NCBI GenBank assembly: GCA_963803705.1
Contig: CAWDNU010000003.1
Location: 327,564 to 391,563 of the forward strand
Reading direction: 5' to 3'
DNA length: 64,000 nt
DNA from: an uncultured Pseudobdellovibrionaceae bacterium
GTDB lineage: Bacteria > Bdellovibrionota > Bdellovibrionia > Bdellovibrionales > UBA1609
Under the pieces are notes generated by a model. The model was not told the DNA's origin and made no database searches. It saw nothing but the letters and a program-made list of their open reading frames with translations. The position numbers were made by a program, and so were the translations under genes. How positions within the stretch are numbered: position 1 is the stretch's first letter; every line of letters starts with the position of its first letter. Below, piece after piece: positions 1 to 10,617 of the stretch.

Positions 1-2219
1 ACTAAATCTTGAACCCCACCGGTTCGTTGTATGATATTGGCGGGCTGATTCATTCCTAATAATATCGGTCCAATGACCTCGCCTTGAATCAACTGCTGAA
101 TCAGTTTGTACGAGATATTTGCAGCATCTAAATTTGGGAAAACTAAAATGTTAGCACCGTCCTTTAGATCTGAAAATCCGAATAATCGCTTCATAATGTC
201 AGTGTTGATTGCGGCATCAGCCTGCACTTCTCCGTCAACCAAAAGGTCAGGTCTTAAAGACTTTGCTATCAACGCTGCTCGCTGCATTTTTTTTGGACTT
301 TCATGTTCAGCCCTGAAGCTTGTGTAAGAAAGCATGGCAACTCTAGGAGTTACGCCGTGACTTTCGGCAAACTCCGAAACATCTAAGGCAACTTGAGCAA
401 GTTCCTCTGCGGTGGGCTCAATCATCATGGTTGTATCAGCTAAAAAGAGCTTTTGATCACCTTTTAAAACAATGTTTAGCCCAGAAGCAACTTTGTGGTT
501 TGATCGACCTATAATTTCAAGTATGGGTTTTACACTAGACGCGTAATTTTGTGATGCCCCTGACACTAAGCCATCTGCTTCACCAGACCTGACCATCATC
601 GCTGAAAAGTAGTATGGGTCTTCAAGTAAAATTTTTGCCTCTGAATGAAGTAGCCCTCTACGCTTTCTCAATTCAAAAAGATCGTTCACGTATTTTTTGA
701 ATTCTGGATGTTCAGAAGGTTTAAAGATTTGGCACTTTTCAATAAGCGGTAGTTCATCTTCAGTGGCTTTTTCTAAAATTTTCTTTCTGTCTCCTAAAAT
801 AATTATTTCTGCAAAGCCTTCTTCTAATACTTGCTGGACAGATTTTAAAACTTTTCGACTATTACCTTCTGGCATAACAATTTTAGGTGCTGCTGACTTT
901 TTGTTCCATTTCTTTATCCTATTTATTATAGGTCTTATAAAGCCACGAGTCTCGCCAAGTTGTCTTTCGAGCTGTTCACGATAATTTTTTAAACTTGAAA
1001 TTTGTTTTTGAGCAACACCACTATCCATAGCCGCTTTAGCAACAGCAGGAGCTACTTCTAATAAAACACGACTATCAAACGGCTTCGGTATAATGTAATT
1101 AGGTCCAAAATGGAAGTCTTGATCTTTGTAGGCTGAGGATACTTCGTCAGTTACTGTTTGACGAGCCAGTTCAGCCAGAGCGTTAACTGCAGCAATTTTC
1201 ATGGCCTCATTAATTTCGGTCGCTCTAACGTCTAAAGCTCCTCTGAAAATATATGGAAATCCTAGAACATTGTTTACCTGATTAGGAAAATCACTTCGCC
1301 CAGTCGCAATGATTGCATCTGGTCTAACTTTTCTAGCAAAGGCTGGATCGACCTCTGGCGCTGGGTTTGCCATCGCAAAGATGATCGGGGATTTTCTCAT
1401 GGACTTCAGCATATCCTCACTTAAAATGTCAGATACACTTAAGCCAACGAAGGCGTCACTTCCCTCCATGGCTTCAGCTAAAGTCTTTGCACCAGTTTTA
1501 TTAATAAATTCTTTTTTCATTTCATTGAGGTCAGTTCGAGAACTGCTTATAACCCCTTTTGAATCGCACATAATTAAATTCTCACGCTTAACCCCTAGAT
1601 CTAAAAATAAGCGTGCACATGATATCGCAGCAGCACCTGCTCCATTAAATACTACTTTTACTTTGCTCATTTTTTTCTTAGTTAGAAAACAAGCGTTAAT
1701 CATCGCAGCGGCAGTAATGATAGCGGTCCCATGTTGATCATCATGGAAGACGGGTATATTCATCTCTGCTTTCAACCTTTTTTCAATTTCAAAACAGTGT
1801 GGAGCAGAAATATCTTCTAGGTTAATCCCACCAAAAGTTGGCTCTAAACTTTTAACAATATTAATAAATTTTTCTGGATCTTTTTCGTTTATTTCAATAT
1901 CGAATACATTGATGTTAGCAAACTTCTTAAATAGCACACCTTTGCCTTCCATAACCGGTTTCCCAGCCAAAGGACCAATGTCACCCAACCCTAGAACTGC
2001 CGTTCCATTAGTTATCACTGCGACTAAATTGCCTTTTGTGGTGTAGTCGAATGCCTTCAATGGGTCCTTAGCTATTTCTAAACAAGGCGCTGCTACGCCG
2101 GGTGAATAAGCTAAGGACAAGGCGTACTCTGAGCTTACATCCTTCGATGAGCTCACTTCGACTTTTCCTGGGATTTTTTCAGAGTGATATTTCAGTGCTT
2201 CTTGATCAAAATTTTCCAT
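1..2219 (-). CDS. maeB: NADP-dependent malic enzyme (malic enzyme domain plus phosphate-acetyltransferase-like C-terminal domain); the C-terminal ~20 aa run off the window start
   Basis: Absent from the ORF track because there is no stop codon inside the window. Manual reverse translation from the ATG at 2219..2217 gives [81 protein letters not shown].., and later ..[26 protein letters not shown].. (PTA-like half). The frame stays open to position 1. Confidence 0.9.
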   Translation of the reverse strand, partial: MENFDQEALKYHSEKIPGKVEVSSSKDVSSEYALSLAYSPGVAAPCLEIAKDPLKAFDYTTKGNLVAVITNGTAVLGLGDIGPLAGKPVMEGKGVLFKKFANINVFDIEINEKDPEKFINIVKSLEPTFGGINLEDISAPHCFEIEKRLKAEMNIPVFHDDQHGTAIITAAAMINACFLTKKKMSKVKVVFNGAGAAAISCARLFLDLGVKRENLIMCDSKGVISSSRTDLNEMKKEFINKTGAKTLAEAMEGSDAFVGLSVSDILSEDMLKSMRKSPIIFAMANPAPEVDPAFARKVRPDAIIATGRSDFPNQVNNVLGFPYIFRGALDVRATEINEAMKIAAVNALAELARQTVTDEVSSAYKDQDFHFGPNYIIPKPFDSRVLLEVAPAVAKAAMDSGVAQKQISSLKNYREQLERQLGETRGFIRPIINRIKKWNKKSAAPKIVMPEGNSRKVLKSVQQVLEEGFAEIIILGDRKKILEKATEDELPLIEKCQIFKPSEHPEFKKYVNDLFELRKRRGLLHSEAKILLEDPYYFSAMMVRSGEADGLVSGASQNYASSVKPILEIIGRSNHKVASGLNIVLKGDQKLFLADTTMMIEPTAEELAQVALDVSEFAESHGVTPRVAMLSYTSFRAEHESPKKMQRAALIAKSLRPDLLVDGEVQADAAINTDIMKRLFGFSDLKDGANILVFPNLDAANISYKLIQQLIQGEVIGPILLGMNQPANIIQRTGGVQDL

Positions 2220-2451
2220 ATTTTCGAATCCTAATTTTTAATGCAATTTGTTTTAACTTCGCTTGTCTTAAGTTTCTTTATCCACAAATTCTATGAAGGC
2301 TTAAGTTAATATCATTTTTAGTATTTTTAAAATAAATGTTTAAGTTTTTTCATAACATATAAAGTAGTCGGCTGTAGCTTTATATGTAACCTTATACTTT
2401 TAAAGCGAATGTGCAATTTCACCTAATGCTAAACATTATCCGGGTCACAGA

Positions 2452-2480
2452 TTGACAGAAATAGAAATTTTCAACATTAT
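2452..2480 (+). promoter_or_regulatory. sigma-70-like promoter candidate for fadIJ (TTGACA-N17-CATTAT)
   Basis: TTGACA at 2452-2457, a 17-nt spacer, and CATTAT at 2475-2480, about 70 nt upstream of the ATG at 2550. It lies in the divergent maeB/fadI intergenic region. Confidence 0.4.
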
Positions 2481-2549
2481 TTAACCCTCTGTAATCATTT
2501 GTTAATCTTACCTTAGAAATTATAGAAATCACCCTTCCAGGAGTCTTTT

Positions 2550-3893
2550 ATGAACCCCAGAGATGTAGTCATTGTTGCTGGTTTAAGAACACCTTTCGTA
2601 AAAGCCGGAGATGTTTTTGCCAACGTTCACCCAGTCGATTTAGGAGTTACCGCTTTAAAAGAACTTTTACAGAGCACAGGTGTTCCTGTGGATCAAATCG
2701 ACGAAGTAATCATAGGAAATACCGGGTCGCCTTCCGACGCTGTGAATATTTCCAGGGTAGTTGCTATGAATGCTGGCATTCCTCAAAAGGTATCAGCTTA
2801 TACTGTGCACCGAAATTGTGCTTCTGCATTAGAAAGCATAACTTCTGGGTATGAAAAGATTAAATCAGGGACTATGGATATTGTAGTCGCCGGTGGAACT
2901 GAATCTATGTCTCAAATGCCAGTGTTATGGAACAAAGAGCACATGGCCAGATTTAACAAGCTGGCACGTGCAAGATCAACTAGCGCAAAGTTGTCTGCTT
3001 TGGGTTCATTACTTGTCGCCAATTTTAAACAAGTTAAAGAAATTGCAACAACCTCGCCGATGAAATCAACTAAGTTTAAACCACGTTTAGCATTAGTTGA
3101 AGGCTTAACAGATCCTATGTCCAACATTAATATGGGTGACACAGCAGAGATTCTAGCAAAAGAGTTTGGAATTTCTAGAAAAGAGCAAGATGAATTTGCT
3201 CTAAGAAGCCATCAACGTGCATCCGCGTCTCAAGAAAATGGAGTCTTCGATGAAGAAATTACGCCTCACTACCTGGCCCCCAAATTTGATAAAGTAGTAG
3301 AAAAGGATATTGGTCCAAGAAAATCGCAAAGCCTTGAAGCTTTGGCTAAACTCAAACCTATTTTCGATCGTAAATACGGATCTATTACTGCAGGCAATGC
3401 GTGCCCGATCACAGATGGTGCAGCCATGGTATTGTTAATGTCATCTGAAAAAGCGAATGAGCTAGGTTTCAAGCCGATTGCAAAAATAAGAGGTTACGCT
3501 TTTGCTGGATTAGAGCCCGAGCGAATGGGATTAGGACCCGTATATTCAACTCCGATCGCGCTTAAAAGAGCGGGAGTTTCGTTTTCGCAAATAGAGCGTA
3601 TTGAGCTCAACGAAGCTTTCGCTGCGCAGGTTATGGCTTGCCAGAAAGCAGCTGCAAGTAAAGATTTTTGTACAAAGAAGCTTGGATTGAGCGAGGCTTT
3701 AGGGGAAATCAAAGATGATATACTTAATGTAAATGGTGGGGCTATAGCATTAGGCCATCCGGTAGGCGCTACTGGAACACGTTTGGTTCTTACTTTGATG
3801 AATGAACTTAAACGAAGCCAGAAGCAATTTGGTCTCGCCACTTTATGTATAGGCGGGGGACAGGGCGGCGCCATAGTTCTGGAAAATGTTTAA
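2550..3893 (+). CDS. fadI: 3-ketoacyl-CoA thiolase, long FadI-type form
   Basis: Thiolase motifs are present: RNCASALESITSG (active-site Cys), NVNGGAIALGHPVGATGTRLV and LCIGGGQGGAIVLE. At 447 aa it carries an internal insertion and sits directly upstream of a 715-aa FadJ-like gene, as in the fadIJ arrangement. RBS: ccaggag. Confidence 0.85.
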   Translation: MNPRDVVIVAGLRTPFVKAGDVFANVHPVDLGVTALKELLQSTGVPVDQIDEVIIGNTGSPSDAVNISRVVAMNAGIPQKVSAYTVHRNCASALESITSGYEKIKSGTMDIVVAGGTESMSQMPVLWNKEHMARFNKLARARSTSAKLSALGSLLVANFKQVKEIATTSPMKSTKFKPRLALVEGLTDPMSNINMGDTAEILAKEFGISRKEQDEFALRSHQRASASQENGVFDEEITPHYLAPKFDKVVEKDIGPRKSQSLEALAKLKPIFDRKYGSITAGNACPITDGAAMVLLMSSEKANELGFKPIAKIRGYAFAGLEPERMGLGPVYSTPIALKRAGVSFSQIERIELNEAFAAQVMACQKAAASKDFCTKKLGLSEALGEIKDDILNVNGGAIALGHPVGATGTRLVLTLMNELKRSQKQFGLATLCIGGGQGGAIVLENV

Positions 3894-3985
3894 GCTTTCT
3901 TAAACTAATTTGTCGCTATGGCGTAAAATTGTATCAAATATTCAAGGTGTATATAAGTTAACGGATAAAGATAGGAACCAAAATT

Positions 3986-6133
3986 ATGAGTTATAAGCAT
4001 TTTAATATTGTTGATAAAGGCGACTTCGCATTTGTGGAGTTCGATGTTCAAGGTGAAAACGCCAATGTTTTCTCGACTCCGGTAATGACTGAATTTAAAA
4101 AAGTTGTAGATGAACTAGGTGCAAGTAAATACAAAGCTGTAGCCATTATTTCTAAGAAGAAAAACATTTTCATAGCTGGGGCTGACATAAATGAAATTAA
4201 AGATCTTAAGTTAAAAGAAGATATTTTATCGGCGACACTCGCCGGACAAGAGGTCTTTAATTCAATTGAAGATTCAAAAATTCCATTCGTTTCAGCGATC
4301 CACGGAGCTTGTGTTGGTGGTGGATGCGAAATGTCTTTGGCATGTGACTGGAGAATTGCGTCAGATGCAAGGTCTACGAAAATAGGTTTACCTGAAGTCC
4401 AACTGGGAATAATCCCAGGATTTGGTGGTTGCGTTCGGTTACCAAGGGTAGTCGGCCTTATCCAAAGTCTACAGATCATATTACCAGGTGGCTCTGTTCC
4501 TGCTTTAAAAGCTTACAAGATAGGGCTTATAGACGAGCTTATTCCTGAAGCTATTTTTACAAGCCGTGTAGAAGTTTTCATGCAAGATTTGGTTAGAAGA
4601 GGGGCTAAAAAAAGAAAGAAAGTTTTTTCTCCACCTCTGGTAGGAAAACTGATGGAAAGTCCTTTGCTAAAGTGGAAGATTTTCTCTGAATCCTCAAAAA
4701 CTGTTATGAAACAGTCAAAAGGTCATTATCCTGCACCATTAAAAGCCTTAGAAGTGGTCAAAAAAACTTATGGGATGTCTAATCGGAGTAAAGCACTAAA
4801 AATCGAAAGAGAAGGTTTTTGCGAAGCCGCCATGACTGAAGTGAGTAAGAACTTAATTCAGCTTTATTTTTGGATGGAGAATATCAAAAAGCGCACAGGC
4901 GTAAGCAGTTCCTCAAATTCAAAGGCAAAACCTATAAAAACTATGGCTGTGTTAGGCGCTGGAACTATGGGTGGAGGTATCGCTCAACTGGCAGCTGATA
5001 AAGGTGTTCGGGTCCGTATGAAAGACATAAGTAACAATTCACTTATGCGAGGCTTTGAAGCTGCGGCAGAAATATGGAATAAATCCGTTAAAAGAAAAAA
5101 GTTAACCCCACAAGGTTTCCAGCAGAAAATGGGCCTTTTAACTGGAACACTGGATTTCTCCGGTTTTAAAAATATGGACTTGGTCGTAGAAGCTATCGTC
5201 GAAGATATGAGTATAAAAAAGAAAGTGATTGCTGAAACAGTTAGTTTTACAGGTGATAACACGATCATTGCAACTAATACCTCTTCGTTGAGCGTAGCTG
5301 AAATGTCTGCAGCGCACCCGAAACCAGAAAATTTTGTCGGACTTCATTATTTTAATCCTGTGCACAAGATGCCTTTGGTTGAGGTCATCCGCGGACCAAA
5401 AACTAGCGATGACACTACAACAACTGTTTTTGAATTCGCCAAAAAAATGGGTAAAACACCTGTGGTGGTTAAAGATGGTCCCGGATTTTTAGTCAACAGG
5501 TTGCTTTTACCTTTGCTTTCTGAAGCGCTATTTATTTTAGAAGATGGTTTCGATATCGAGACTGTAGATAAAAAATATACACATGTTTTTGGTAACCCAA
5601 TGGGACCCTTTAGGTTAATGGATGAGGTTGGTATAGACGTGTGTATAAAAGTTTTGAAAATTTTTAAATCTTCTTTCGGTGATCGAATGCAGGTGAGTCA
5701 ACTCACGGACAAACTTGAAGGTCAAAAAGATCGCTTAGGTCGAAAAACTAAAAAAGGTTTTTATCTGTACGATGATGAAGGCAGGGCGAAAGGAGTCGAC
5801 CCAGAGGTTTATAAGGTTTTAGGTCTTGGAACACCAAATAAGAGCTTTGACACTAAAGAGGTTATTGACCGTGGGATACTATCTATGGTGAACGAAGCTG
5901 CATTAGCTTTGTATGAGGATAAGATCGTTGAAAGCGCAGAAGAATTAGACTTAGCAATGATCTTTGGAACTGGGTTTCCTCCGTTTCGGGGTGGTCTATT
6001 AAAGTATGCTGATGCCGAGGGCTTAAAAAACGTAGTTGAACGCTTAGAAAGTTTTGAAATCAAATACGGACAACGATTTAAGCCAACCAAGCCACTAGTG
6101 GATTTGGTCAACAACCATAAAACATTTTATTAA
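3986..6133 (+). CDS. fadJ: multifunctional fatty-acid oxidation protein (enoyl-CoA hydratase / 3-hydroxyacyl-CoA dehydrogenase)
   Basis: The N-terminal crotonase motifs are FIAGADINE and GACVGGGCEMSLACDWR. A central Rossmann motif is AVLGAGTMGGGIAQ. HADH C-terminal repeats are present. Length is 715 aa. Confidence 0.88.
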   Translation: MSYKHFNIVDKGDFAFVEFDVQGENANVFSTPVMTEFKKVVDELGASKYKAVAIISKKKNIFIAGADINEIKDLKLKEDILSATLAGQEVFNSIEDSKIPFVSAIHGACVGGGCEMSLACDWRIASDARSTKIGLPEVQLGIIPGFGGCVRLPRVVGLIQSLQIILPGGSVPALKAYKIGLIDELIPEAIFTSRVEVFMQDLVRRGAKKRKKVFSPPLVGKLMESPLLKWKIFSESSKTVMKQSKGHYPAPLKALEVVKKTYGMSNRSKALKIEREGFCEAAMTEVSKNLIQLYFWMENIKKRTGVSSSSNSKAKPIKTMAVLGAGTMGGGIAQLAADKGVRVRMKDISNNSLMRGFEAAAEIWNKSVKRKKLTPQGFQQKMGLLTGTLDFSGFKNMDLVVEAIVEDMSIKKKVIAETVSFTGDNTIIATNTSSLSVAEMSAAHPKPENFVGLHYFNPVHKMPLVEVIRGPKTSDDTTTTVFEFAKKMGKTPVVVKDGPGFLVNRLLLPLLSEALFILEDGFDIETVDKKYTHVFGNPMGPFRLMDEVGIDVCIKVLKIFKSSFGDRMQVSQLTDKLEGQKDRLGRKTKKGFYLYDDEGRAKGVDPEVYKVLGLGTPNKSFDTKEVIDRGILSMVNEAALALYEDKIVESAEELDLAMIFGTGFPPFRGGLLKYADAEGLKNVVERLESFEIKYGQRFKPTKPLVDLVNNHKTFY

Positions 6134-6285
6134 TTAGTGGCCGAAATGGTTTTATATCAAATAGGTTTAACTTAAATAAATAATCTGCACTTAAGCCACT
6201 TGACCGATATTAAATCTTCACTGGTTTTTATTCTTTAGGCGCAAGGTTTTTTACTGCACCAATGTTAGCACCCTTTTTTAGATGC

Positions 6286-7641
6286 TCACGTTCTGTTATA
6301 ATCGTCTTCGATACGAACTATATCGCTCTCATCAAAGGACTCTCCAGTTTGAATTTCAACAATTTCTACAGGGTCAGAAGTTTGGTTAGCCAATCGGTGG
6401 ACCGAACCCTGCGCAATGAAGCAGGTTTCATTGACTTGCAGGTCAAAAACTTTGTTATCAATGGTAACATTGGCTAAGCCTCTCACTACGGTCCAGACTT
6501 CAGATCGAAATTTGTGTTTTTGCAAGGAAAGCCTTTTGCCAGGATTAACCACTATAGATTTCACTTTAAAGTAAGCGTTATCAACCAGTACCGAAAAGCT
6601 ACCCCATGGCCGAACTACAGTTCTATGGCTCTGAGTTAATTCTGGATTAGATAACTTCGGCAGTACAGATTTAATTTTTGAACTTAAACCGCGGGAACTT
6701 ATCAGAAGCGCATCTTCAGTATCAATAACTAAAAGATCTTTTTGCCCAATGAGTACTACCTCTCTTTCCGATCTCACAAAGTTATTTGTACTTTCATAGC
6801 TATGTATATTGCCTTTGTCTTTACCTTTGCTTAGCTTAGCTAATGCTTCGAAACTGCCAAGATCGGACCAATGCCAATCAGACCCATTTAATATAGCCAA
6901 ATTCTTCGACTTCTCGATCACAGCAAAGTCTATACTGATATTTTCAAACTTCTGCATCAAATTCTCTGAAACTGTTAAAACTTCAGAATCATTTACTTCA
7001 AAACCTGAAGCGACTTCAAAAGCATTTGGAAGACTCTGCTGCATCTCTGTTTTCATGTTTTGATTTTTGAAAGCAAAGATACCGCTATTCCATAAATAGT
7101 CACCGCTTTGTAGGTATTTCTCTGCAGTTTCCAAATCTGGTTTTTCTTGAAACGAAACCACATTATGGTTCTTAAATTTGATATAGCCAAAACCTGTTTC
7201 AGGCTCGGTAGGCAATATGCCAAATAGCACAATCTTTTTTTGATCTATGTACTTAGCAGACTCCAGAATTGAAGCTTTATAGTTAATTGGCTCAGCTACA
7301 TAATGGTCAGATGGTACAACTAACATATTGTCTAGATCTTCAAACAGTTGGCAAGCGAGCGCGATGACAGCAGCTGTATTTTTAGCAAAAGGTTCGCACA
7401 AAAACCTTACTTTCTGTTTTAATTTCAAAGCGGCGACCTGATTTTGAGCCAAATGAACTTGATGTTTACTCACTACAATTAAAAATTCATCTGTAAATTC
7501 CACATTCCGAATCAAGGTTTGCTGAAACAAGGTCAGTTCATCCTTATCATCAGACAATTGCACAAATTGTTTAGGCATGTTCAGCCTAGACAAGGGCCAT
7601 AGCCTAGTTCCGGCACCACCACACATAACAACTGTTTTCAT
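6286..7641 (-). CDS. manC: mannose-1-phosphate guanylyltransferase / mannose-6-phosphate isomerase (bifunctional, C-terminal cupin)
   Basis: The N-terminus is MCGGAGTRLWPLSR (nucleotidyltransferase loop). The C-terminal cupin region is GKRLSLQKHKFRSEVWTVVRG..IAQGSVHRLAN. There is a 4-nt overlap with the upstream gene. Confidence 0.85.
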   Translation of the reverse strand: MKTVVMCGGAGTRLWPLSRLNMPKQFVQLSDDKDELTLFQQTLIRNVEFTDEFLIVVSKHQVHLAQNQVAALKLKQKVRFLCEPFAKNTAAVIALACQLFEDLDNMLVVPSDHYVAEPINYKASILESAKYIDQKKIVLFGILPTEPETGFGYIKFKNHNVVSFQEKPDLETAEKYLQSGDYLWNSGIFAFKNQNMKTEMQQSLPNAFEVASGFEVNDSEVLTVSENLMQKFENISIDFAVIEKSKNLAILNGSDWHWSDLGSFEALAKLSKGKDKGNIHSYESTNNFVRSEREVVLIGQKDLLVIDTEDALLISSRGLSSKIKSVLPKLSNPELTQSHRTVVRPWGSFSVLVDNAYFKVKSIVVNPGKRLSLQKHKFRSEVWTVVRGLANVTIDNKVFDLQVNETCFIAQGSVHRLANQTSDPVEIVEIQTGESFDESDIVRIEDDYNRT

Positions 7642-8672
7642 AGATGCTCCTCAAAACCGCTAATAATTTTTTGTAAAACAATTTCTGGCTTAAGATCAAG
7701 CATGCATTTAAAATGCTTTTTTGGACAATTTGGGCGACCAAATACGCTACAAGGTCGACAGGTCAGCTGTTTTCGATCCACTTGAAGAGTCTCTGCCTGC
7801 TTAGATAAGGGATAGAACCCCATGTTAGGGTGAGTGCCACCCCATATAGATAATAAAGGAACACCTGCTAAAGCTGCCATGTGCATATTTGCTGAATCCA
7901 TCACGATCATTTTGTCCATAGCTTGCATCAAGGACATTTCATCATGGAACTTAAATTGGCCAGCCAAATTTGTGACGCTTAAAAACCTTTCATCAAGTTC
8001 GTCAAAATAATTGGCTTCCTCCCCGGGGCCACCGAACAGGTAGATTTGGAAGTATGGACCAGCTTCATTGAGTTCTAAGAATTTTTCTAAATATTGTTTC
8101 GGCCACGTTTTAGTGAAATGTTTGGCGTAAGGGGCAATACCAAGTTTTTTTGCTTCAGGCGAAAGTAATTTTGAAAGCTCTGCTCGAAGAGGTTTAGATT
8201 CAAAGCGGTAACCACTAAGAAGTTTTGTGTCACCAGGAACTTCTAAACCAAGCTCTTTAAAAACCTTTAAGTAGCGCATCGACACGTGAGTCAGAGGCTC
8301 ACTGTCCAAATTCTTTAAAAATTTTCTTTTTGCTTGTCGAGCTTTGTCAACTTTGTAAACATCTTTGCCGATAAATAAATTTAGTAATCGTGTTCGAGTC
8401 ACTTGGTGAAGATCACAAACAGCTTCAAACTGATATTTCTCTTTTAACTGTCTACTCAATTTGTAAATGTTAAATAAGCCAGAGCATTCTTTTTTTACAT
8501 CAACGCCTACACAAGTTAGTCTGGGTATACTTGAAAAAAAAGGTTTAAGAAAGCTTTGTGTTACGAAGGTTATTTCCAAATTAGGATTAAGGTCCAAAAC
8601 ACTTCTTAGCACTGGGTAACATAATAGTACGTCACCTAAAGCTGAAAACCTATAAACCAAAACTGATTTCAT
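7638..8672 (-). CDS. glycosyltransferase family 9 (LPS heptosyltransferase-like)
   Basis: Motifs are VYRFSALGDVLLCYPVLRSV near the N-terminus and MDSANMHMAALAGVP near the C-terminus. The size (344 aa) and the 4-nt overlaps on both sides suggest an operon. Confidence 0.75.
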   Translation of the reverse strand: MKSVLVYRFSALGDVLLCYPVLRSVLDLNPNLEITFVTQSFLKPFFSSIPRLTCVGVDVKKECSGLFNIYKLSRQLKEKYQFEAVCDLHQVTRTRLLNLFIGKDVYKVDKARQAKRKFLKNLDSEPLTHVSMRYLKVFKELGLEVPGDTKLLSGYRFESKPLRAELSKLLSPEAKKLGIAPYAKHFTKTWPKQYLEKFLELNEAGPYFQIYLFGGPGEEANYFDELDERFLSVTNLAGQFKFHDEMSLMQAMDKMIVMDSANMHMAALAGVPLLSIWGGTHPNMGFYPLSKQAETLQVDRKQLTCRPCSVFGRPNCPKKHFKCMLDLKPEIVLQKIISGFEEHL

Positions 8673-9277
8673 TTACTCTTATTATACAATGCAGGATTTA
8701 GCTTTTCATCATTGTACATTTTCATTTGGCGGTAAACTTTAATGCGTTTTTTTCCGCTAGTTATGTCTTCAATCAGTTCATTAAAGCTTTGACTCAAATC
8801 TTTTTTTTGATCTAACAAGGTTTCTAATTTCACCTGGCACTTTTCTTTTTGCTCTTGATCGATATCTGTCCTAAGGACTTGCTCGTTCATGTGGTATATT
8901 TTTAAAGCCAAAATTGACATCCGATCTAAAACCCACGCAACACTTTCAGTATTCAACTTAGCCGACTTTTCAAACTTAGTTTTAGCGAAGTGATCAACGA
9001 CCCAATCATCTAGCAACTCCACTTTATCGGTTCTGTCCTGGTTAGATTTGTCTATTCTTCGTTTGATCTCTGCAATCTGCTTGTCGGTAACTTTTGGATC
9101 TCGAACGATATCTTCTAGATGCCATTGGACAGTGTCGATCCAATTTTTTGAATATAAAATTGCCTCTAAATTATCTTTTCCAAATGGATTTATAAAATCT
9201 TGATCAACATCATCATGTTTATGATAATTTTCAATGGTCTGGTCAAAAATTTTCCAGCACAGTTCTGATTGGATCAT
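8669..9277 (-). CDS. DUF4254-like protein (family commonly linked to GT9 genes)
   Basis: The motifs WHLEDIVRDP and IDKSNQDRTDKVE match my recollection of the DUF4254 signature. This call is from memory only. Confidence 0.5.
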   Translation of the reverse strand: MIQSELCWKIFDQTIENYHKHDDVDQDFINPFGKDNLEAILYSKNWIDTVQWHLEDIVRDPKVTDKQIAEIKRRIDKSNQDRTDKVELLDDWVVDHFAKTKFEKSAKLNTESVAWVLDRMSILALKIYHMNEQVLRTDIDQEQKEKCQVKLETLLDQKKDLSQSFNELIEDITSGKKRIKVYRQMKMYNDEKLNPALYNKSK

Positions 9278-9845
9278 CGGTACTCCTTTATTAAATTTTA
9301 AAGGCTAAACTTTTTTGTGAGTAACCAAGCCTTTCTAAAGAAATTATTACAATAAAATTAAATATGTGGCCACTTATTTAACTGATAATGAAAGAAAATA
9401 AGTTTTAATATTTACAACTATCTCTGAAACTTTTATTAATAAATGGTCTATCTATGAAGCTTCAGATCTGCTGGAAAGCTTAGATTTGTAATACGCCAAT
9501 AAAAATATCAAAAATTTGAAATCAAAGATTCACGACGAACAACTTAATGTATTGCAACCACAGCCTACGAAATTAGCAGATCTGAAAAAATTTTTTTTGA
9601 TCCTATTCTTTATACATTACAGTAATTTTTGTTTGTTTTTAGTTCGTTTTTTGTTCAGATAAATTTTTATTATGGATGCCATATAAAAATATCTTATATG
9701 TTGAAGCTATTCCGTGTTGACACAACACCCCTAACATCAGAAAGTTCAGCAACAATTTAGCTTTATAGTTTAAGATTTTAATGAAAGAAAAACAGGATTT
9801 GAACAATAATTTAACAATAACCTAATTTATTATGAGGGGACAAGA

Positions 9846-10550
9846 ATGGATTTTATAACAGCAATTTCAGATGCGTTTTTAAAAGGTGGGATGTGGATGT
9901 GGGTGATTTTAGGCCTGCAACTAGCAACACTAGCGATCATCATTGAAAGATATGTGTTTTTATTTAGAAAAAACACCATTGGTGAAAGAAAGCATGTAAA
10001 CAAATTTGAAGCTGGTATTCGTTCCGGTAAACTTGATAGCGTTAAAGCTGAAGCATCAAAGCAAGAGCGCCCAGTGGACGCTGTTGTTGTGGCTGGCGTT
10101 GAAGCGGCGGTAAATTGGGGCGGCAAAGACGAAATCCGCGGCAAAATGGACGAGGTTCTTCTTGATACAAACGCAAAATTGGAAGAAAGAACTAGTTTTT
10201 TAGCGATGTTGGGTAACGTAGCTACATTGACAGGTCTACTTGGAACCATCGTTGGTATGATCAAGTCCTTTACAGCAGTATCCACCGCAAGTCCGATGGA
10301 AAAAGCTACACTTTTATCAAGCGGAATTTCTGAAGCCATGAATACAACAGCATATGGCTTAATTGTAGCTATACCCGCATTAGTCATGTACGCAGTTCTC
10401 TTAAATCGATCAAACAAGCTATCAGAAGATCTAAATACAGCATCTTTAAAGGTTTTTAATTGGCTAAGCTTTGCCTATGAACCTGCTGAGCGCGCTATCG
10501 ACATGGCCACTGTAAATACTAAGCCCTCTGCTAAGCCAGTAGAGCTTTAG
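9846..10550 (+). CDS. MotA/TolQ/ExbB-family proton channel (AglR-like)
   Basis: Motifs are LGNVATLTGLLGTIVGMIKSF and ISEAMNTTAYGLIVAIPALV. There are three TM segments. RBS: gagggga. Confidence 0.85.
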   Translation: MDFITAISDAFLKGGMWMWVILGLQLATLAIIIERYVFLFRKNTIGERKHVNKFEAGIRSGKLDSVKAEASKQERPVDAVVVAGVEAAVNWGGKDEIRGKMDEVLLDTNAKLEERTSFLAMLGNVATLTGLLGTIVGMIKSFTAVSTASPMEKATLLSSGISEAMNTTAYGLIVAIPALVMYAVLLNRSNKLSEDLNTASLKVFNWLSFAYEPAERAIDMATVNTKPSAKPVEL

Positions 10551-10617
10551 TCTAAACGAATAGGTTTAGAGACTTACTAAGCTTTGTTAAGAGTACTGCA
10601 ATTTATAGAGGGGACCT

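Noticed and set aside
106-2296. Plus-strand ORFs 106..327, 697..984, 1309..1737 and 2102..2296 from the ORF track
   Set aside because: They lie antisense inside the continuous minus-strand maeB reading frame, which has unmistakable malic-enzyme motifs. Their translations are low-complexity shadow ORFs.
2912-6114. Minus-strand ORFs nested in fadI/fadJ (2912..3142, 3269..3472, 3494..3874, 4048..4479, 4984..5268, 5138..5365, 5809..6114)
   Set aside because: They are antisense to strongly supported thiolase and FadJ genes and have no motifs. They are typical shadow frames.
9830-10417. 195-aa minus-strand ORF opposite the TolQ/ExbB-like gene
   Set aside because: The plus-strand product has canonical ExbB/TolQ motifs and an RBS. 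The antisense translation has no recognisable features.
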